From the NCBI GenBank assembly GCA_963823665.1, contig CAWGMQ010000011.1, positions 608,001 to 672,000 of the forward strand: a stretch of 64,000 nt of DNA, given 5' to 3'. The translations under genes and the position numbers were made by a program. A model generated the notes under the pieces. It was not told the origin of the DNA, did no database searches, and saw only the letters and a list, made by a program, of their open reading frames with translations. Origin of the DNA: an uncultured Planctomycetota bacterium (GTDB lineage Bacteria; Planctomycetota; Planctomycetia; Isosphaerales; Isosphaeraceae). This document shows positions 63,360-64,000 of the stretch, piece by piece. Numbering within the stretch: the first letter of the stretch is position 1; every line of letters begins with the position of its first letter.

Positions 63360-63614
63360 GTGAAAAGTCGCGAAAAGGTGATGGAACGGTACGGGCCGAT
63401 CCGCGAAATGGATCGGTCGTTTGACATTGAATACTGGCAACGACAAGGGGATGCTGCGATCTTCCGGGCCGCCTGGGAGCTGGTCGAGACTTACTGGCGC
63501 GAGTCGGGCAGGAATCCGGATGAACTCCGACTTCAGCGATCTGTAGAAGCTTTTCAGAAGCTGCCGGGTCCGGTACCTCATCGTCGGCGGGCACGCCGTG
63601 ATGAAGTACACTGA
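63360..63614 (+). CDS. Small protein overlapping a nucleotidyltransferase (antitoxin-like partner)
   Basis: DRSFDIEYWQ...AIFRAAWELV...LRLQRSV. Confidence 0.65.
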   Translation: MKSREKVMERYGPIREMDRSFDIEYWQRQGDAAIFRAAWELVETYWRESGRNPDELRLQRSVEAFQKLPGPVPHRRRARRDEVH

Positions 63615-64000
63615 GCCGCGTTACACCAAGGATCTTGACGTCTGGATCGAGCCTTCTGCCAAGAACGCCCGCGCGGTATTCAAAGCCTTGGGCGAATTCG
63701 GCGCACCGCTCGCAGGGCTGACGGATTCGGATTTTGCGAAGGAAGGCTTCTTCTACCAGATGGGACGGCCGCCGGCGCGAGTGGACATCTTGATGTCGAT
63801 TGAGGGTGTCCGATTTGCCGACGCTTGGGCAAACCGGGTGAGCACAGAGTTCGGAGGAACGCGTGCTAACTTCATCTCTCTCACCGATCTGATCGCAAAC
63901 AAGAGATCGCTCTCGAGGCCCCAGGATTTACTTGACATCGACAATTTGATCGAGTCACAACGCGTTGCCGCGCGGCTCAAGCGCGAGCAAAGTGCGACGC
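63520..64000 (+). CDS. Nucleotidyltransferase-fold protein (in-frame TAG at 63544-63546; runs off the window)
   Basis: MNSDFSDL*KLFRSCRVRYLIVGGHAVMKYTEPRYTKDLDVWI...RVDILMSIEGV...LIANK...RPQDLLD; absent from the ORF track. Confidence 0.8.

Noticed and set aside
1..64000. Genome-wide TAG reassignment or pyrrolysine
   Set aside because: TAG ends lepB at its expected C-terminus (IRYIR) and ends the Panacea gene 5 nt before the next start; no pyl genes or suppressor tRNA seen

Overview
GC-rich bacterial chromosome segment, most likely Planctomycetota (Isosphaeraceae-like). This is inferred from the lepA-lepB-lepB order, ECF sigma factors with long C-terminal extensions, Hanks kinases fused to TPR or DUF1080 domains, PEP-CTERM and DUF3500 proteins, and typical intergenic repeats. 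More than a dozen genes carry apparent single-base frameshifts, including housekeeping lepB and transketolase. The assembly therefore probably contains long-read indel errors, and pseudogene calls are unsafe. Core genes (lepA, lepB, mmsA/iolA, ppgK-like ROK kinase, split transketolase) flank a large accessory zone rich in conflict genes. It contains a PtuA/PtuB (Septu-like) ATPase-HNH pair, several toxin-antitoxin modules and remnants, and an IS630 relic. An integrase-less array of attC-bounded gene cassettes (about 41.7-46.2 kb) carries a Panacea antitoxin with an unfamiliar transmembrane partner. At about 49.5-59.2 kb lies a putative degenerate mobile element: a primase/helicase-like ATPase, iteron-like repeats, a Trypco1-like gene missing from the ORF track, and a divergent RADAR-like operon (KAP-type ATPase plus adenosine deaminase). 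No tRNA, rRNA or CRISPR array was recognised. All family assignments come from motif recognition by eye, not from database searches.
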